A DNA stretch of 63,920 nucleotides, the filler included, from Octopus bimaculoides (taxonomy: Eukaryota), in assembly GCF_001194135.2 (NCBI RefSeq). It is 4 parts of 4 records of this genome, joined end to end, with 100 filler letters (N's around TTAATTAATTAA, not from the genome) between each part and the next. Parts side by side here need not be neighbours in the genome. Positions count along the whole stretch, not along the records: positions 1 to 24,467 come from NC_068983.1; positions 24,568 to 47,494 come from NC_068981.1; 2 more parts are not named here. One strand, written 5' to 3'. Under the pieces are notes generated by a model that was not told where the DNA came from, ran no database searches, and worked only from the letters and a program-made list of their open reading frames with translations. This document shows, one piece after another, positions 23,601 to 36,843 of the stretch. Every line of letters begins with the position of its first letter. Within the stretch, counting starts at the first letter, position 1. A program made the position numbers and the translations under genes.

Positions 23601-24467
23601 AAAAACCTGCTCGTCGAAACAAAACTCCGGAAGAAAACCAAAACTTTCAGATAGGGACCATCGGACTCTTACGCGAATTGTTAGAAAGGATCACAAAAAT
23701 ACAGCTCCCAAAATTACTGCAGAGCTTAATGACCACCTTGAGCACTGTTCTTCGGGAGCTGCACAAAGCCAGATTTCACGGAGGGCTGCAATCAGAAAAC
23801 CACTACTTTCAAAACAAACGTTGCAAAGCGTTTAGAGTGGAGTAAAAGCCTACAGAATTGGTCTCTAGAGCAATGGAAGACTGTTATTTTCTCGGACAAG
23901 TCATCCGTTACCTTATTTTCGACAACCGGCCGAGTATCCGTGTGGAATCAACCAAAAGACGCATTTGACCCAGACTGCTTTCTTCCAACTGTTAAACATG
24001 GAGAAGGATCTGTGAGGATCTGGGGGGCTATATCTAGGAAATCTGCCGGCTCAATGGTTTTCCTTCATGGCATAATTAATAGTCAAGACTATTTAAGCAT
24101 TTTGTCTGATTAAATTCATCCTATGGTTACGGAACTGTTTCCGGAGGGAAACGGAATCTTTCAGGATGATAATGCACCAATTCACACAGCTAAAGTGGTT
24201 ACTGAATGGCACGAGGAACATTCTAGTGAAGTTGAACATCTTATCTGGCCACCACAGTCCCCAGATCTCAATATTATTGAACATTTATGGTGCATTTTAG
24301 AAAAACAAGTAAAGAGTCGATATCCTCCACCATCATCACTACAAGAACTGGAGACTGTATTAACTGAAGAATGGACAAAAATTCCTTTGGAAACAATTCA
24401 AACTTTGTACGAGTCCATAACTCGTAGAATTCAAGCTGCAATTAGTGCCAAAGGCGGTGCTACCCCA
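23601..24467 (+). pseudogene. Tc1-family DD34E transposase, inactivated
   Basis: SGRKPKLSDRDHR, RKPLL, FSD, FQDDNAPIHTA, WPPQSPDLNIIEHLW; contains a frameshift and an in-frame stop; both ends lie in gaps. Confidence 0.92.
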
Positions 24468-24511
24468 NNNNNNNNNNNNNNNNNNNNNNNNNNNNNNNNN
24501 NNNNNNNNNNN

Positions 24512-24523
24512 TTAATTAATTAA
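24512..24523. other. Artificial scaffold-join linker TTAATTAATTAA within an N gap (also at 47539-47550 and 62818-62829)
   Basis: Identical 12-mer centred in three 100-nt gaps; it puts stop codons in all six frames. Confidence 0.9.
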
Positions 24524-24567
24524 NNNNNNNNNNNNNNNNNNNNNNNNNNNNNNNNNNNNNNNNNNNN

Positions 24568-24628
<61 letters not shown>

Positions 24629-25977
24629 ATTTAGCTATTCAATGGATTGGTTTATAGGTTTGGCATCTTTTGAAAACATGACAGTTAAATACAGTTTATT
24701 GGTTTTTATAAAGAGTGGTATATTTTTTTTTTTACTTAATTTACATATTGGTTTACAATGCTGTAGTATGACCATAGCCAACTAACTAGAATTAGTCAAA
24801 GAGTAACATTTTGGGGGGCATTTTAGTTCTGAATAGCAATTTGTTTATTAAGTAATATTAGTAACAAGCAAATTATTAGAGGTCATTTTATTTGGATTGA
24901 TCCCTAAGTATTACTGGTGATATGTGCATGCTAATTTAGAGTATTTCTGCAGTATAACCTTTCCTCTTTATTTAATGTTGGGAAAATACATACACACACT
25001 CAATTGGGTGTAAGACACACACACACACACACACACAAGCAGTCTGACAAAGCTAATCACAGGTGGAACTTTTAAGTCGTTATCAAGCTTTCCTTAATGA
25101 AAATAAATTAAATCTATTGATCATTTTTACAATTAATGGTTGATTGTCTCTTTGTGGATGATTTTGCATAAAATACATACATTTGGATGAATATAATTTT
25201 TTTGAGAAACTATAAGTAAAGATCACCATGAACATCATAACAGATGTGAAACCGGTTGAGAAATATGTAGAAAAACTAAAGAAATTTAAGTGTACATTTT
25301 CAACTTAAATTCTTTTCTTTTTTCTCTGTGTGTGTGGAGATAGAGGGGAGGTGGGAAGAAAGAACTATAGATTATATACAGACCATATAATCATCTTAAG
25401 ACAACTACAAATTAATGAAAGCTACTATAATCAATACTGAAGTGAATTATCACTTCGAAACTACTTACTACTCTCATTGTTACAATAAAAACTATCACTC
25501 CTTCTAACATCTCAAGCTACCAATAACTTTCATAGACAAACCAGTTCTTTTTAAAGACATCAGCCTTATCCTCCAAATAACATTTAAGAAGAAACACAAC
25601 ACAGTTTTATTAGTAAGGTGTAATACTCCACTTGAAAACAAAAACAAAAAGATTAACTATCCTAGACAATTAATACCTACCAATGTTTATTAATTAGATC
25701 ACCTAGAATTAATCACCAACACTTCATACAAATATATCTTTTATAAAATGCTAGTTAGAATCTTATCTATTGTTTCTAATTTTCCTCTCCTATATCAAGG
25801 TTCTAAGGTTCTTCACTCAACAAGTGTGTATATACTACAGTGTTTTAACATTGTATTGTTATTATATCAATGAACTTTTATTGACAATGTAATTTAGAAG
25901 AGACACCAAGATGTAATCTATAAAACAGGATGTGTGTTGTGAGTTAACAGCTTATTTTATCATTTATCTTTATTTCT

Positions 25978-26372
25978 ACTTATTTCAGTCATTTGACAGC
26001 GGCCATGCTGGGGCACCACCCTGAAGAAGTTTTAGTCATCAGAATTGACCTTAGTACTTTTTTTTTTAAGCCTGGTATTTATTCTATCAGTCTCTTTTGC
26101 TGAACTGCTAAATTATGGATGTGTAAATACACCAACACAGGTTGTCAAGTAGTGGTTGGGGACAAACACAAAGCAACACATACACACACACACACATATA
26201 TCTATATATAACAGGCTTCTTTCAGTTTCCATCTACCAAATCGACTCAATAAACTTTGGTGAGCTCAAGGCTATAGTAGAAATCACTTGCCCAAGGTGGC
26301 ATGCAACAGATTTGAACCCAGAACCATGTGGTTGGGAAGCAAACTTCTTACCATAGAGCTACACCTGTGCCT
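25978..26372 (-). mobile_element. SINE family A, CpG-decayed
   Basis: Reverse complement of the family A consensus with many CG to TG/CA changes. Confidence 0.85.
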
Positions 26373-27517
26373 ACAAGCCATGCCTGCACCTACAAGCTAT
26401 ACCTGCACCAAATAAAAATTATTTTCTCTCAGCTTTTTAGTGTGATTGATAACAATACCAAAAGAAAATGTAGTTCCACTGACTGATAAATATTTCAGAA
26501 ACCCTAGTGATTTAAATGATAAAATACCTCAGTTCACATAGAAATAAAGCTAATCTTATTTATATTCATTTGTTTTCCTTCGTTAGAATATTTTCATTTA
26601 TTTTCACAGTTCAGGACTAAGATTTGATTGCTAACTTCAACAAATAGCCTTCAGAAAGATTACTTAATGACTTCAGAGGAAAGAAATCTTAAACAATTAT
26701 TTCTAACACAGGAATAATGTACAGGATGCAGCAGAAGAACCATCCATATTCTGTAGGGTCATTCATGTGGTACTAGTGAAGGAAGACAGGTGGTAACAGT
26801 GTCTTCAAGTAGCCCTTTTTTTTTTTTTTTTAAGTTACCATCACAGTTTAAAGCAGCATTTGCAGTATGTTTGCTGCTACAACATTTATCAAAAATGTAA
26901 ACTACGGGAGGCTTTTTGGCTGCACCCCTATTATAAAACAAAAGGAAGCTGTTGATAAGCAGAACTCCAAATCTAATCTTCATTCTGTTTAAAATATTTG
27001 AATTCACTACTATCATTAATGCTTTGAGAATGGCATGAATATCACAACTCCAATTTTGTGAAAAATAATTTACCCCATGAACAATATTCGTTTAATCGTT
27101 TAATGTCCGCTTTCCATGCTAGCATGGGTTGGACATATTCATGAAGCTTAATGTTTAGAAGAAGAAAATGGATAGCTGTGATGTTCAAGCATTTCTCAGA
27201 TATTTTTAGATTCAAATTAATATTGATTTCATATCTATATTTCCTTCCGTTTATTTATATAGCTTCTTTTTTTTTCTTCTATTTATAATTCTTTTTTTTT
27301 TTTTATGCAGAAAAATCCTTGACAATTGACCGATTATCTAAGAGAATTGTTCAACAAGGGTCTGAAAACACAGAATGCAAGTTAAAACATTCGATAGAGA
27401 CAGGAAAAAAATTGTCAGAGAAAAGTAAGAAAGCATCAAAGATTAATTTGGGCAAACCAAAGAGATTAGTAAGGTGATACAATAAGGCGGTTTGAAGTAG
27501 AGTAACATAATACTCAC

Positions 27518-27632
27518 TCTGTTTCTTTGCGAGAAGCCTAAGGGCCATGTTTTCCTGCTTCAGACGAGTATTAGTGTTCTGTATGTAACGAATGTAGTCA
27601 ATGGCTTTACGCAGGATAGCAGATTTATTTAA
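27518..27632 (-). CDS. SREBP: SREBP exon: helix 2 and leucine zipper
   Basis: [38 protein letters not shown]; TTGCAG acceptor, GTGAGT donor, phase 0 in and phase 1 out. Confidence 0.97.
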
Positions 27633-27729
27633 CTGCAACATAATAAAGGAAAAAATCATATATATATATATTATAAGTAAAATGTTGAATACAGTAAAAT
27701 GGGTATTGTAAATGTTGTTGTTGTTGTTG

Positions 27730-28095
27730 TTGGCACTCCGTCGCTTACAACGTCGAGGGTTCCAATTGATCTGATCAACGGAACAGCCTGCTCATGAAAT
27801 TAACGTGCAAATGGCTGAGCACTCCACAGACACGTGTACCCTTAACGTAGTTTTCGGGGATATTCAGCATGACAAGGTGACCCTTTCAATTACAGGCAAA
27901 ACAGAAACAGGAAGTAAGAGTGAGAGAAAGTTGTGGTGGAAGAGTATAGCAGGGTTCGCCACCATCCCCTGCCGGAGCCTCGTGGAGCTTTAGGTGTTTT
28001 CGCTCAATAAACACTCACAACGCCTGGTCTGGGAATCAAAACCGCGATCCTATGACCGCGAGTCCGCTGCCCTAACCACTGGGCCATTGCACTTC
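27730..28095 (-). mobile_element. tRNA-derived SINE family C, near full length
   Basis: Minus-strand head GCAATGGCCCAGTGGTTAGGGCAGCGGACTCGCGGTC...TTGATTCCC; ends at a (CAA)n tail. Confidence 0.85.
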
Positions 28096-28496
28096 CACAT
28101 TGTAAGTGTAAGACGTGTGTATATCAATCTTAAGTTGCCAAATCTGTACACTCTTTAAACATTCATAGATACACAGACACACACACACATTGACAATACA
28201 TGACATGCTGACAAATGGTTTCTGTCCACCTGTTCCACTGACGAAACATTGGTCAACCTGAGGCCACCTGATGACACCTGCCCAAGATGCCAGGCAGTAA
28301 GACAGAATGCAAATTCACATGGTTACAAAGCAACTCTACGTTCACAAAAACATGCCTATGTCCATGTGTATCCATTTTTACAAAGGCAGAGATTTGGTTC
28401 TTATTTCTAGCAGGTCAAGTGACAGCATAAAGGATCTCCAGTTAGCTTGTCAAATAGAGTTTAAAGCAAAATAGAAAAGAACAAATTTCAACATAC

Positions 28497-28799
28497 CTTT
28501 GCTTCAGTTCCAACAACCAGGTTCTTCAGTTCAATTATCTTATCATTAATACTAAGGCGATAACGTTTCTCAATCGCATTGTGAGCTGTTCTCTTCTCTC
28601 CTCTATTCTTTTTCAGTGGACTAGTGTTTAGTCGGTTGATAGGCAGCTTGTCTCCTTCACCAACCATTTGCAGAGGAATGCTTGTGGTCAGTATTGTGTT
28701 GCCACTGGTCACTAGAGAATTTGATGCTGGTGGACTGGTCAATGCCACAACATTACCATTAACTTCCTGGGGTTTTATCAGTTGAGACTGAATAAGGAG
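28497..28799 (-). CDS. SREBP: SREBP exon: basic region and helix 1
   Basis: DKLPINRL...[34 protein letters not shown]; the Tyr in EKRYR is SREBP-diagnostic; 303 bp, TTTCAG/GTATGT. Confidence 0.97.
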
Positions 28800-30452
28800 C
28801 TGAAACAACAGGGAAATTGAATTACAGGTGTGTGTGTGTGTGTGCATGGGCCTAGTGCAGCCTTCTTGCTCGCCAGCCATCATTCAAGCCATCCAACCCA
28901 TGCCAGCATGGAAAGCGAACGTTAAACAACAATGATGATGATGGTGCGCTACGGTGGATTATTTAAGACTTGGCTCTTATTTCTAGCAGGTAGATGCTCA
29001 TTATGCATCATTACGATATTTCATAGCTCGATAAAGCTATCATAACTGCGTTCCACCAATGCTACTACTGGTGATATCATCAAATTTTAAATTTATCCCC
29101 AGATGATATGAACATTAGTGACATCTAACTTCAAATCTCAGTGTTTNNNNNNNNNNNNNNNNNNNNNNNNNNNNNNNNNNNNNNNNNNNNNNNNNNNNNN
29201 NNNNNNNNNNNNNNNNNNNNNNNNNNNNNNNNNNNNNNNNNNNNNNNNNNNNNNNNNNNNNNNNNNNNNNNNNNNNNNNNNNNNNNNNNNNNNNNNNNNN
29301 NNNNNNNNNNNNNNNNNNNNNNNNNNNNNNNNNNNNNNNNNNNNNNNNNNNNNNNNNNNNNNNNNNNNNNNNNNNNNNNNNNNNNNNNNNNNNNNNNNNN
29401 NNNNNNNNNNNNNNNNNNNNNNNNNTATATATATATATATATTCGGGAGTCACATTGATATCACAAAAAATAGCAAAAATATTTATATCAATCAAAGAAA
29501 AGAAGGAATTAATGAAAAATAAAAAATATAATAACTGTATAGATATGGAAAAAAAGATGTAATATAGATTCAGCTGAGGTAAGAACGATCTTATTTTTAA
29601 AAAATCCTCTTTTCAATAAAAAATCAGAAAGAACTACTTGTAACTATAAAATATACAAAAACATGCATTTTCAACACATTATGTCTACATTAAAATTTCT
29701 ATTGTAATTATGTAACTATTTAACTCGAACACACCACCAAAATCATGGGCAACATATGAACAATATCTAATCTTTACATCTCCAACTTTTGTTTAGATTT
29801 TTTTGTCTACTTTCGTTAAGATTTTTTAATATTTTTCATTTTATATACAATTGAAAGCAACTAGGGTTTATTTTACCATTAAAAATTTTGTAACTAAATT
29901 AATTATAAAATAACTAGATAATATCTTGACTAAAATTACTGATCCTGAAAGATTAACATTATTAATAGCCCTAAACCAAAAATAGCAATAATAATACATT
30001 TTTTTAACCTATTTCTAGCTTGACTTAAGATATGTTATAAGATAATTTTATATTAATAATTAAGATATGTTATAAGATAATTTTATATTAATAATTAACA
30101 GATACATGTATGAATGAGGATATTGATATACTTGTCTGCAGTGTGTGCATGTGCATGTTAGGGACTCTTTGCATTGCACTCTGTAAAGTGAGAGGAGTTC
30201 GAAGACAGATAACATTAAGAGGAGAAAACTATTTAGTTGTGCCAAAAACATACCAGCCTCTCAAGAGCTGCTGCATCCACAAACTCTTTAAAGAAGTTGA
30301 TGTTAGGAAGGGCATCCAACAGCAGTAGAAACTATACCCAAAATGAAATGAATGAACAAGGTGTGATCTCTGCCCTGGGGTGGATGCAAGGCAATAACAC
30401 CAAATAACAACTGCATATATATATATATATATATATAGTAACATCCACCTAT

Positions 30453-30626
30453 AGGTGCAGGAGTGGTTGTGTGGTAAGTACCTTGCTTACCAACCACATG
30501 GTTCCGGGTTCATTCTCACTGCATGGCACCTTGGGCAAGTGTCTTCTACTATAGCTTCGGGCTGACCAAAGCCTTGTGAGTGGATTTGGTAGACGGAAAC
30601 TGAAAGAAGCCTGTCGTATATATGTG

Positions 30627-30657
<31 letters not shown>

Positions 30658-30860
30658 TTGTGTTTGTCCATCCCAACATTGCTTGACAACCGATGCTGGT
30701 GAGTTTACGTCCCCATAACTTAGCGGTTCGGCAAAAAGAGACCGATAGAATAAGTACTAGGCTTACAAAGAATAAGTCCTGGAGTTGATTTGCTCGACTA
30801 AAGACGGTGCTCCAGCATGGCCACAGTCAAATGACTGAAACAATTAAAAGAGTAAAAGAG
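30453..30860 (+). mobile_element. SINE family A, full length
   Basis: Matches 18751-19148 end to end. Confidence 0.9.
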
Positions 30861-31096
30861 TATTGTGTGTCTCCTCTCTCTGTCACCACACTTAACACTT
30901 GCCTAGTTCTTGCTCTTCAGTACTGTAATCGTCTGGTATCTTTCTCAAACACTTTTACTCCATAGACCAGCTAATAGATATTCAAGCTGATCAGAAACCA
31001 CATCAAGGCCAAAGGGGCTTAGCCAATAACATAACCTGCTTACTGTTTCATCTATTATGTAAAGAAGACACAAGAAGACTGAAGGAGAATGGTTAC

Positions 31097-31429
31097 CTGA
31101 TGTAACTGCTGCATGTTAACCGGGCTGGTTGTAGTAACATTTTGTAGAGAGGAAATACCATTTGATGTTACATTCACATTCACAGGCTGCTGTTGTTGCT
31201 GTGGTTGTTGTTGTTGTGGCTGTTGTTGCTGTGGTGGTTGTGGTGGAAGCTGCTGCTGCTGTTGATGATGATGATGAGGCTGTACAACTGTTTGTGGAGA
31301 CGTTGCAACGACCGCTTGGGGCACAACTTGTTGAAGTGGTTGTTGCTGTTGTTGTGGTTGTACTACTGCTGTTGCCGTTGTTGCTTGTTGTTGCGGAAGT
31401 TGTTGTTGATGGAGGAGCAAGTTGATTTG
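31097..31429 (-). CDS. SREBP: SREBP exon, Q/T/V-rich
   Basis: QINLLLHQQQLPQQQ...VNMQQLHQ; 333 bp, phase 0/0, TTGTAG/GTAACC; in frame with the flanking exons. Confidence 0.85.
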
Positions 31430-31724
31430 CTACAAAAATATTTAAAAAAAAAAAAAAAAATTATAAAAGAATACTGCAACAAAATGCGGTCGGTAACACT
31501 ATAACACTGACCAAACAGATTGAAAGAAAAAGTAAACTTTCAAAGCCGTTTAACTGTTCAGAATATTGGTCTGCAGTCTGCTACAATAGATGAAAACAGA
31601 AACAACCAGATGGTTCTACTGTAAAATTGTTTTTATTATAACTCAACATAAAAACAAACATATATATGCATATATATGTGTGTGTGTGTGTGTGTATGGG
31701 AAATCAAAATTGAACCAAATTCGA

Positions 31725-31982
31725 TGACTGGCACCCGTGCCAGTGGAGCGCTAACAGCACCATCCGAGCGTGATCATTGCCAGAAGAGCTGACTGTACCC
31801 CTAACATAGGTCTCAGGGAGATTCAGCGTGACAAGGCTAGCCCTTTGAAATACAGGTACTACTCATTTTTGCCAGTTGAGTGAACTGGAGCAACATGAAA
31901 TAAAGTGTCTTGCGTCGCCAGGAATTGAACTCATGACCTTACGATGGTGAGCCAAATGACCTAACCACCAAGCCACGCACCT
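31725..31982 (-). mobile_element. SINE family C-related fragment
   Basis: GGGAGATTCAGCGTGACAAGGC...GAATTGAAC...CTAACCAC, similar to 5925-6112 and 27850-28095. Confidence 0.7.
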
Positions 31983-32099
31983 TTATTCTTGACAATAGTT
32001 CACAACCAATGATGGGGGCATATAGGGGTGAAGGTGATGCAGATGTTTCTAAAATTCCAGGCACAAACAGAAAACAAAGAGAAAAAGGCAATAATTTAC

Positions 32100-32448
32100 C
32101 TGAGCATTTTGTAACGATGTCGTTGGTGTAAGGCTGACAATTGGTTGTTGTACAGCAGAAGTCACAGCAACGGCTTGTAATTGGGGTTGGTTGATGAGCA
32201 TAGCTTGTGCTAGCTGCTGCTGCTGCTGTTGTTGTTGTTGCTGCTGTTGTTGTTGCTGTTGTTGTTGCTGTTGCTGCTGCTGTTGTTGTTGTTGCTGTTG
32301 TTGCTGCTGCTGTTGTTGTTGATGTTGGTACAGATGTTGTAGCTGTTCCTNNNNNNNNNNNNNNNNNNNNNNNNNNNNNNNNNNNNNNNNNNNNNNNNNN
32401 NNNNNNNNNNNNNNNNNNNNNNNNTGTTGCTGCTGCTGCTGCTGCTGC

Positions 32449-32494
<46 letters not shown>

Positions 32495-33004
32495 GCTGCT
32501 GCTGCTGTGGTGGTGGTGGTGGTGGTGGTGGTGCTGATAAAATCTGTGGAGTCTGCACAATAGAACCAGTGTTGACCACACTGGTTACTTCCATCGGTTG
32601 TGGCTGTGAAGGAACCGGTGTTTGTATTTTAAGCTCATCTTTATGTTGTTGGGAAGCCAACAAGGATGCTTTTAGTTTAGCAAGGGCCAACAACTGGTCA
32701 TCAGTCAAATTGATGCAGTCAGGGAGATTCTTATCAGAAGCAGGAGCTACTTCAGTTTTTATGAATGTGTCAGAGACCTGTTGGTTTTCAACGCTTTTCT
32801 GCGGAATCACCGTAGTCCCAACATTAGATACAACAGGAGAAGTCTTTGCAGCGTCTTCTTTCTCAGGTTTGACAAAATTAAATGAATTAACCAAGTCTTC
32901 AGAAAGTAATTCTGGATCTTGTTTGATGTTGAAATTGAGTTGACCTCCAAAGAGATCATTTTCTGGAAGATTCTGTCCATCAGGATAGATATATTTTATC
33001 ATAT
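32100..33004 (-). CDS. SREBP: SREBP exon 2 equivalent (acidic start followed by long poly-Q tracts; contains a 74-nt gap)
   Basis: TTTCAG|ATATGATAAAA gives (D)MIKYIYPDGQNLPENDLF in phase 1, matching the vertebrate exon 1/2 junction (D|MLQ...DLF); donor CAG|GTAAAT. Confidence 0.85.
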
Positions 33005-33300
33005 CTGAAAAAAACATGAAAGAAAGACAAATATTATATTTTTTTTGTTTCAAATCTGTTCCTTTATTCTAAAACTTTTTTTAATTTAATTTTGTTGTTT
33101 GCTAAAATACAGAAAGAAAATTTTTTTGAAATATCACACATATTATATAAATATTAACTTCATATTTTGGTATATTGTGTGTAAGTACCTCGGGAAAATG
33201 AAGAAAACGGGCTATAACTTGTAAAATAGAAGATTTGGATGGTATGAAGATGTAATGCAGTTAGGAATGAATATTTGTTAACACATAAAGATAATAAACA

Positions 33301-33341
<41 letters not shown>

Positions 33342-35097
33342 CTAAAGTAAAATATTTGTAATACAGGAAGACAGGCTAATGTAGATCAGTCTGACTTATT
33401 GAATATGAATTGTAACACAGAAAATCAACTGAGACACTGGAGCAAGATGTAGTCTTCGAACCTACTGAATCCTGTTAAAGTGTGCAGCCCACAAAAACCA
33501 GGTGTGCAATAATGCTGGTGGTGATGACGGTGATGATCAACAAATTAAACCTACTTAAAATTATTTCCTCTATGATAACATTGGCACTGAGTAATCCTTC
33601 ACAAGCAAGAGACATGGAGAATATCCCAGCAGAGAATTGACTGACATTAGAACAATGAAAAACAAGAGTTGACCATAGCAGAATATGAACTCAGAACCTA
33701 AAGGAATAAAACTTTATGCCATAAACATATTTAGTACATCTTCTTACTGTTTATGTTCTTGCTCCCTAAAGAATTAATAATGAGAGAACTGACTGCTTCT
33801 AGTGTGTAATCAAGATAATCAGCGGAATTATCTCAAAGTATTGTACTTTATGTTGACATATTAAGATAACAAACATACACATATACATACACACTTGCAT
33901 ACATGTGTGTGTGTGTGTGTGTGTGTGCGTGAGAGAGAGAATGTGTAGGTTTGTGAGTGAGGCTTTAAATCAAAGAGTCTAGTTTAATAATTAACTATTA
34001 AATAATGATAATTGAGTCACAGAATATATCCAAGTAATCATAATATATTTATAAACTTATCAGTTTGCATGTTTTACACAACAGCTATTTATGGCACTAA
34101 CCAAAAAACTGACTAGTCAGTAAATGTCAGCATGCTTCTTTTGATGTACAATGGAGTTTCACAAGAAAGAACAAGATGAACACACACACACACACACATA
34201 TATATTATATAATAATAATAATTATAGTAATCCTTTTGTAAGATTTCATCAACCCACATTTCTGAAGCCTGTTCGTATGCATAAACCAGAAAAGAGATAA
34301 TTTATCAAAGTCCTCTATGCAGATCAATGAGATAGCTAAACAAAGAGCAATTTAAATAGTTATTGTACATATGCTATCACTGAAGGTCAAGTGTGATAGT
34401 CCTTCACATAGATATATTTAATGTCAAGTGACTGACCAGCTTGTCATGGCAGAGTATAAAGGAGAAGAATGGTCTTTGATGTGTGAATAACTAGAATCTC
34501 GAGATATGGCTCATTACTAGACAATGGAGAGGCAGGAAGATAAAACTTCCAAAAACTGATTGTGTATATTATAGTGCTATAACACGGAAGTCAAATACAG
34601 AATAGCATTTCATACTATTTGTTAGCAGTCGCTGCTTAAAAATATTTATCTCTATTTCATTATACATCAAACATATGCAGCTTCAATTTAATTCTAGCTA
34701 AAAACTGTAATGTAAACAGATTATCAAGTCTAGTGACTATCTCTTTTAACTGACAAATCAAGAATGTCTAGTTGTTGATTAACCACAGATCTGTTGTCAT
34801 CAAACACACCTATGATCCATGATATTCCCATCATGACTATCCTATGTTTCTTATGTGCTAGGAACTCACAAACACATTATCCAACATGTCCTTTTTTAAG
34901 ACAGTAGAGTGTGATCTGAGGGCAGTTTGTTATCAAGGAAGTTCAGAAATGTTCAGTCAGTGCCTTCATCAGAGGAAATTCATGCTGAAAACATGGAATT
35001 CACCATTTGCCGACTAAGGAAAAGCTACCAAACTCAGACATCTTTAGCAGGTGCAGTGTAGACATAACTGGTACTGGTATATATACACACACACATA

Positions 35098-35765
35098 TAT
35101 ACAAGTTCTGATCAATAACTATCTAGACTGTTGCCATAGTAATGAAGCTAAAAGCACACAGAGTGAAGCTGCTTGGCATAGATTGACCTTGAACTCTGCT
35201 GTGCATGAGCACTAAGTTTTAATGTTCTAGCTTATTTCCACTGTTTACAGTAGTACTTGGAAGGAAGGTGTGTAGCATGTGATTATCGCATTGACCATGA
35301 CAGGGAAGGTTGTCACAGTCAGAAGCCTACACAAAATTGCAGAAAGTGTATGGAGAGGAATGTATGAGCTGCACACAAGTGTAGGAATGGTTCAGACATT
35401 TCAAGGATGGCCATAAAGATGTCGATGTTGATGAACGTTCTGGGAAACCCCGCAACCAGCACAACTGAGAAAAACATTGGTGTGCATGCAACTGTGAGGG
35501 GAAGGGGAAATCATTGAATCACCATCCAGGAGCTATCAGAGGATGTGCAAATTAGTTACAGTTCAGTTCAGTCCATTATCATAGAAGATTCAGATACGAG
35601 ACGTGTGTCTGCCAAGTTTGTGCCAAAACTGCTTTCAGCTGACCAGAAAGACAATCAGGTTTCAGTTGCACATTGTGTCGAGAATGATAAAAAAAAATTT
35701 TTTGAAAACTTTGCATAGGCCTCTGAGCAGGCATCGCCAAACTTTTAGCAAAATTTGATGCACAT
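35098..35765 (+). mobile_element. Mariner-type transposon remnant (transposase N-terminal HTH region)
   Basis: AYTKLQKVYGEECMS, WF..FKDG, DVDVDERSGKP, TIQELSEDVQISY, RRVSAKFVPKLL; frameshifted. Confidence 0.85.
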
Positions 35766-36046
35766 AATTTATATTATATAATATGATATTAAATAATAAT
35801 ATAATAAATTCCTAGCATCCCCCAATCCACTGCCTTCCTCCCAACAATGCCTCCTTTTTCTCTACCGCCGCTCCCCCCATCGCCCCCTTAGGAACCAGTG
35901 CCCACCTGGAACCGTCTCAATGCCCACTGGGGTCATGGAGCTGTGGCACCCACTTTGAGAAACTATGATGTAAATCATTGCTTAGACAAGTTAGTGTAGT
36001 ATAGTTAAACAGAAGTAGCAATAGTATGATAATAGTTAAACACAAA

Positions 36047-36272
36047 GGCGGTGAGCTGGCAGAAACGTTAGCACGCCGGGCGAAATGTTTAGCGGTATTT
36101 CGTCTGCCGCTACGTTCTGAGTTCAAATTCCGCCGAGGTCGACTTTGCCTTTCATCCTTTCGGGGTCGATAAATTAAGTACCAGTTATACACTGGGGTCG
36201 ATGTAATCGACTTAATCCCTTTGTCTGTCCTTGTTTGTCCCCTTTATGTTTAGCCCCTGTGGGCAATAAAAA
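36047..36272 (+). mobile_element. SINE family B, young copy
   Basis: Near-identical to 5641-5856 and retains nearly all CpGs despite CpG-poor flanks. Confidence 0.9.
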
Positions 36273-36628
36273 AAAACAGTTAAACACAAGGCGCCAGCCA
36301 ACGTTGTTTTTCTATCATTATTATTCTTGTAAATCCTTGATCAGACCAATTCAGAAATTATTTTTTATTTGCCTCTACTTTCTAAAGAAATGAGGGTTGG
36401 GTAGCTTTTACAACTTTTGATTTAATACCTGTAAAGCACAAGTTTTTTCAGAATCTTTTCTTTTACTGTTATGATTCCACCATTTTTACAACTCAACCAT
36501 AGGTGGTATCTCTTACCAACAAGTTTCACTCAAATTTGAACACCTGCTGCTAGAAACCAATAGTGTAGCAACTGAAATTTATCATTCTATTATTTACAAA
36601 TCTGTTCTGTCTTCAAATATTTATTTAA

Positions 36629-36843
36629 CCCTTTAGGATTCAGATTTCTCAGTCAAATGTAATGCTTATTATTCATTCACGTTGCTTTGAAGTAATCATG
36701 TATTATCTCACAGCTTTGGGATTTCGATGATATCGTAGTTTAATTTTAAAATAACATTGTAGGGTAGGTGTGAGATCTGGCTGGTTCAACATAAAACCGG
36801 CAGAATATTTGGGCCAAATACGGTTGGTTTGAATGCTAAAGGG
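36629..36843. mobile_element. piggyBac-type MITE (TTAA target site, CCCTTTAG...CTAAAGGG ends)
   Basis: TTAA at 36625-28 and 36844-47; terminal inverted repeat CCCTTTAG(G/C)ATTCA; a related copy lies at 56695-56878. Confidence 0.8.

Noticed and set aside
26980-26982. A-to-I editing of the candidate TGA to read through into more SREBP coding sequence
   Set aside because: The downstream frame hits another stop after about 23 codons and shows no SREBP homology.
27980-28095. tRNA-like sequences in SINE heads (also at 18751, 30453 and 38440)
   Set aside because: They continue into SINE bodies, and no full cloverleaf or terminator was seen; not tRNA genes.
24568-33004. miR-33, the conserved SREBP-intronic microRNA
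   Set aside because: No match to GTGCATTGTAGTTGCATTG was seen. It normally lies in a late intron, which is absent from this window.
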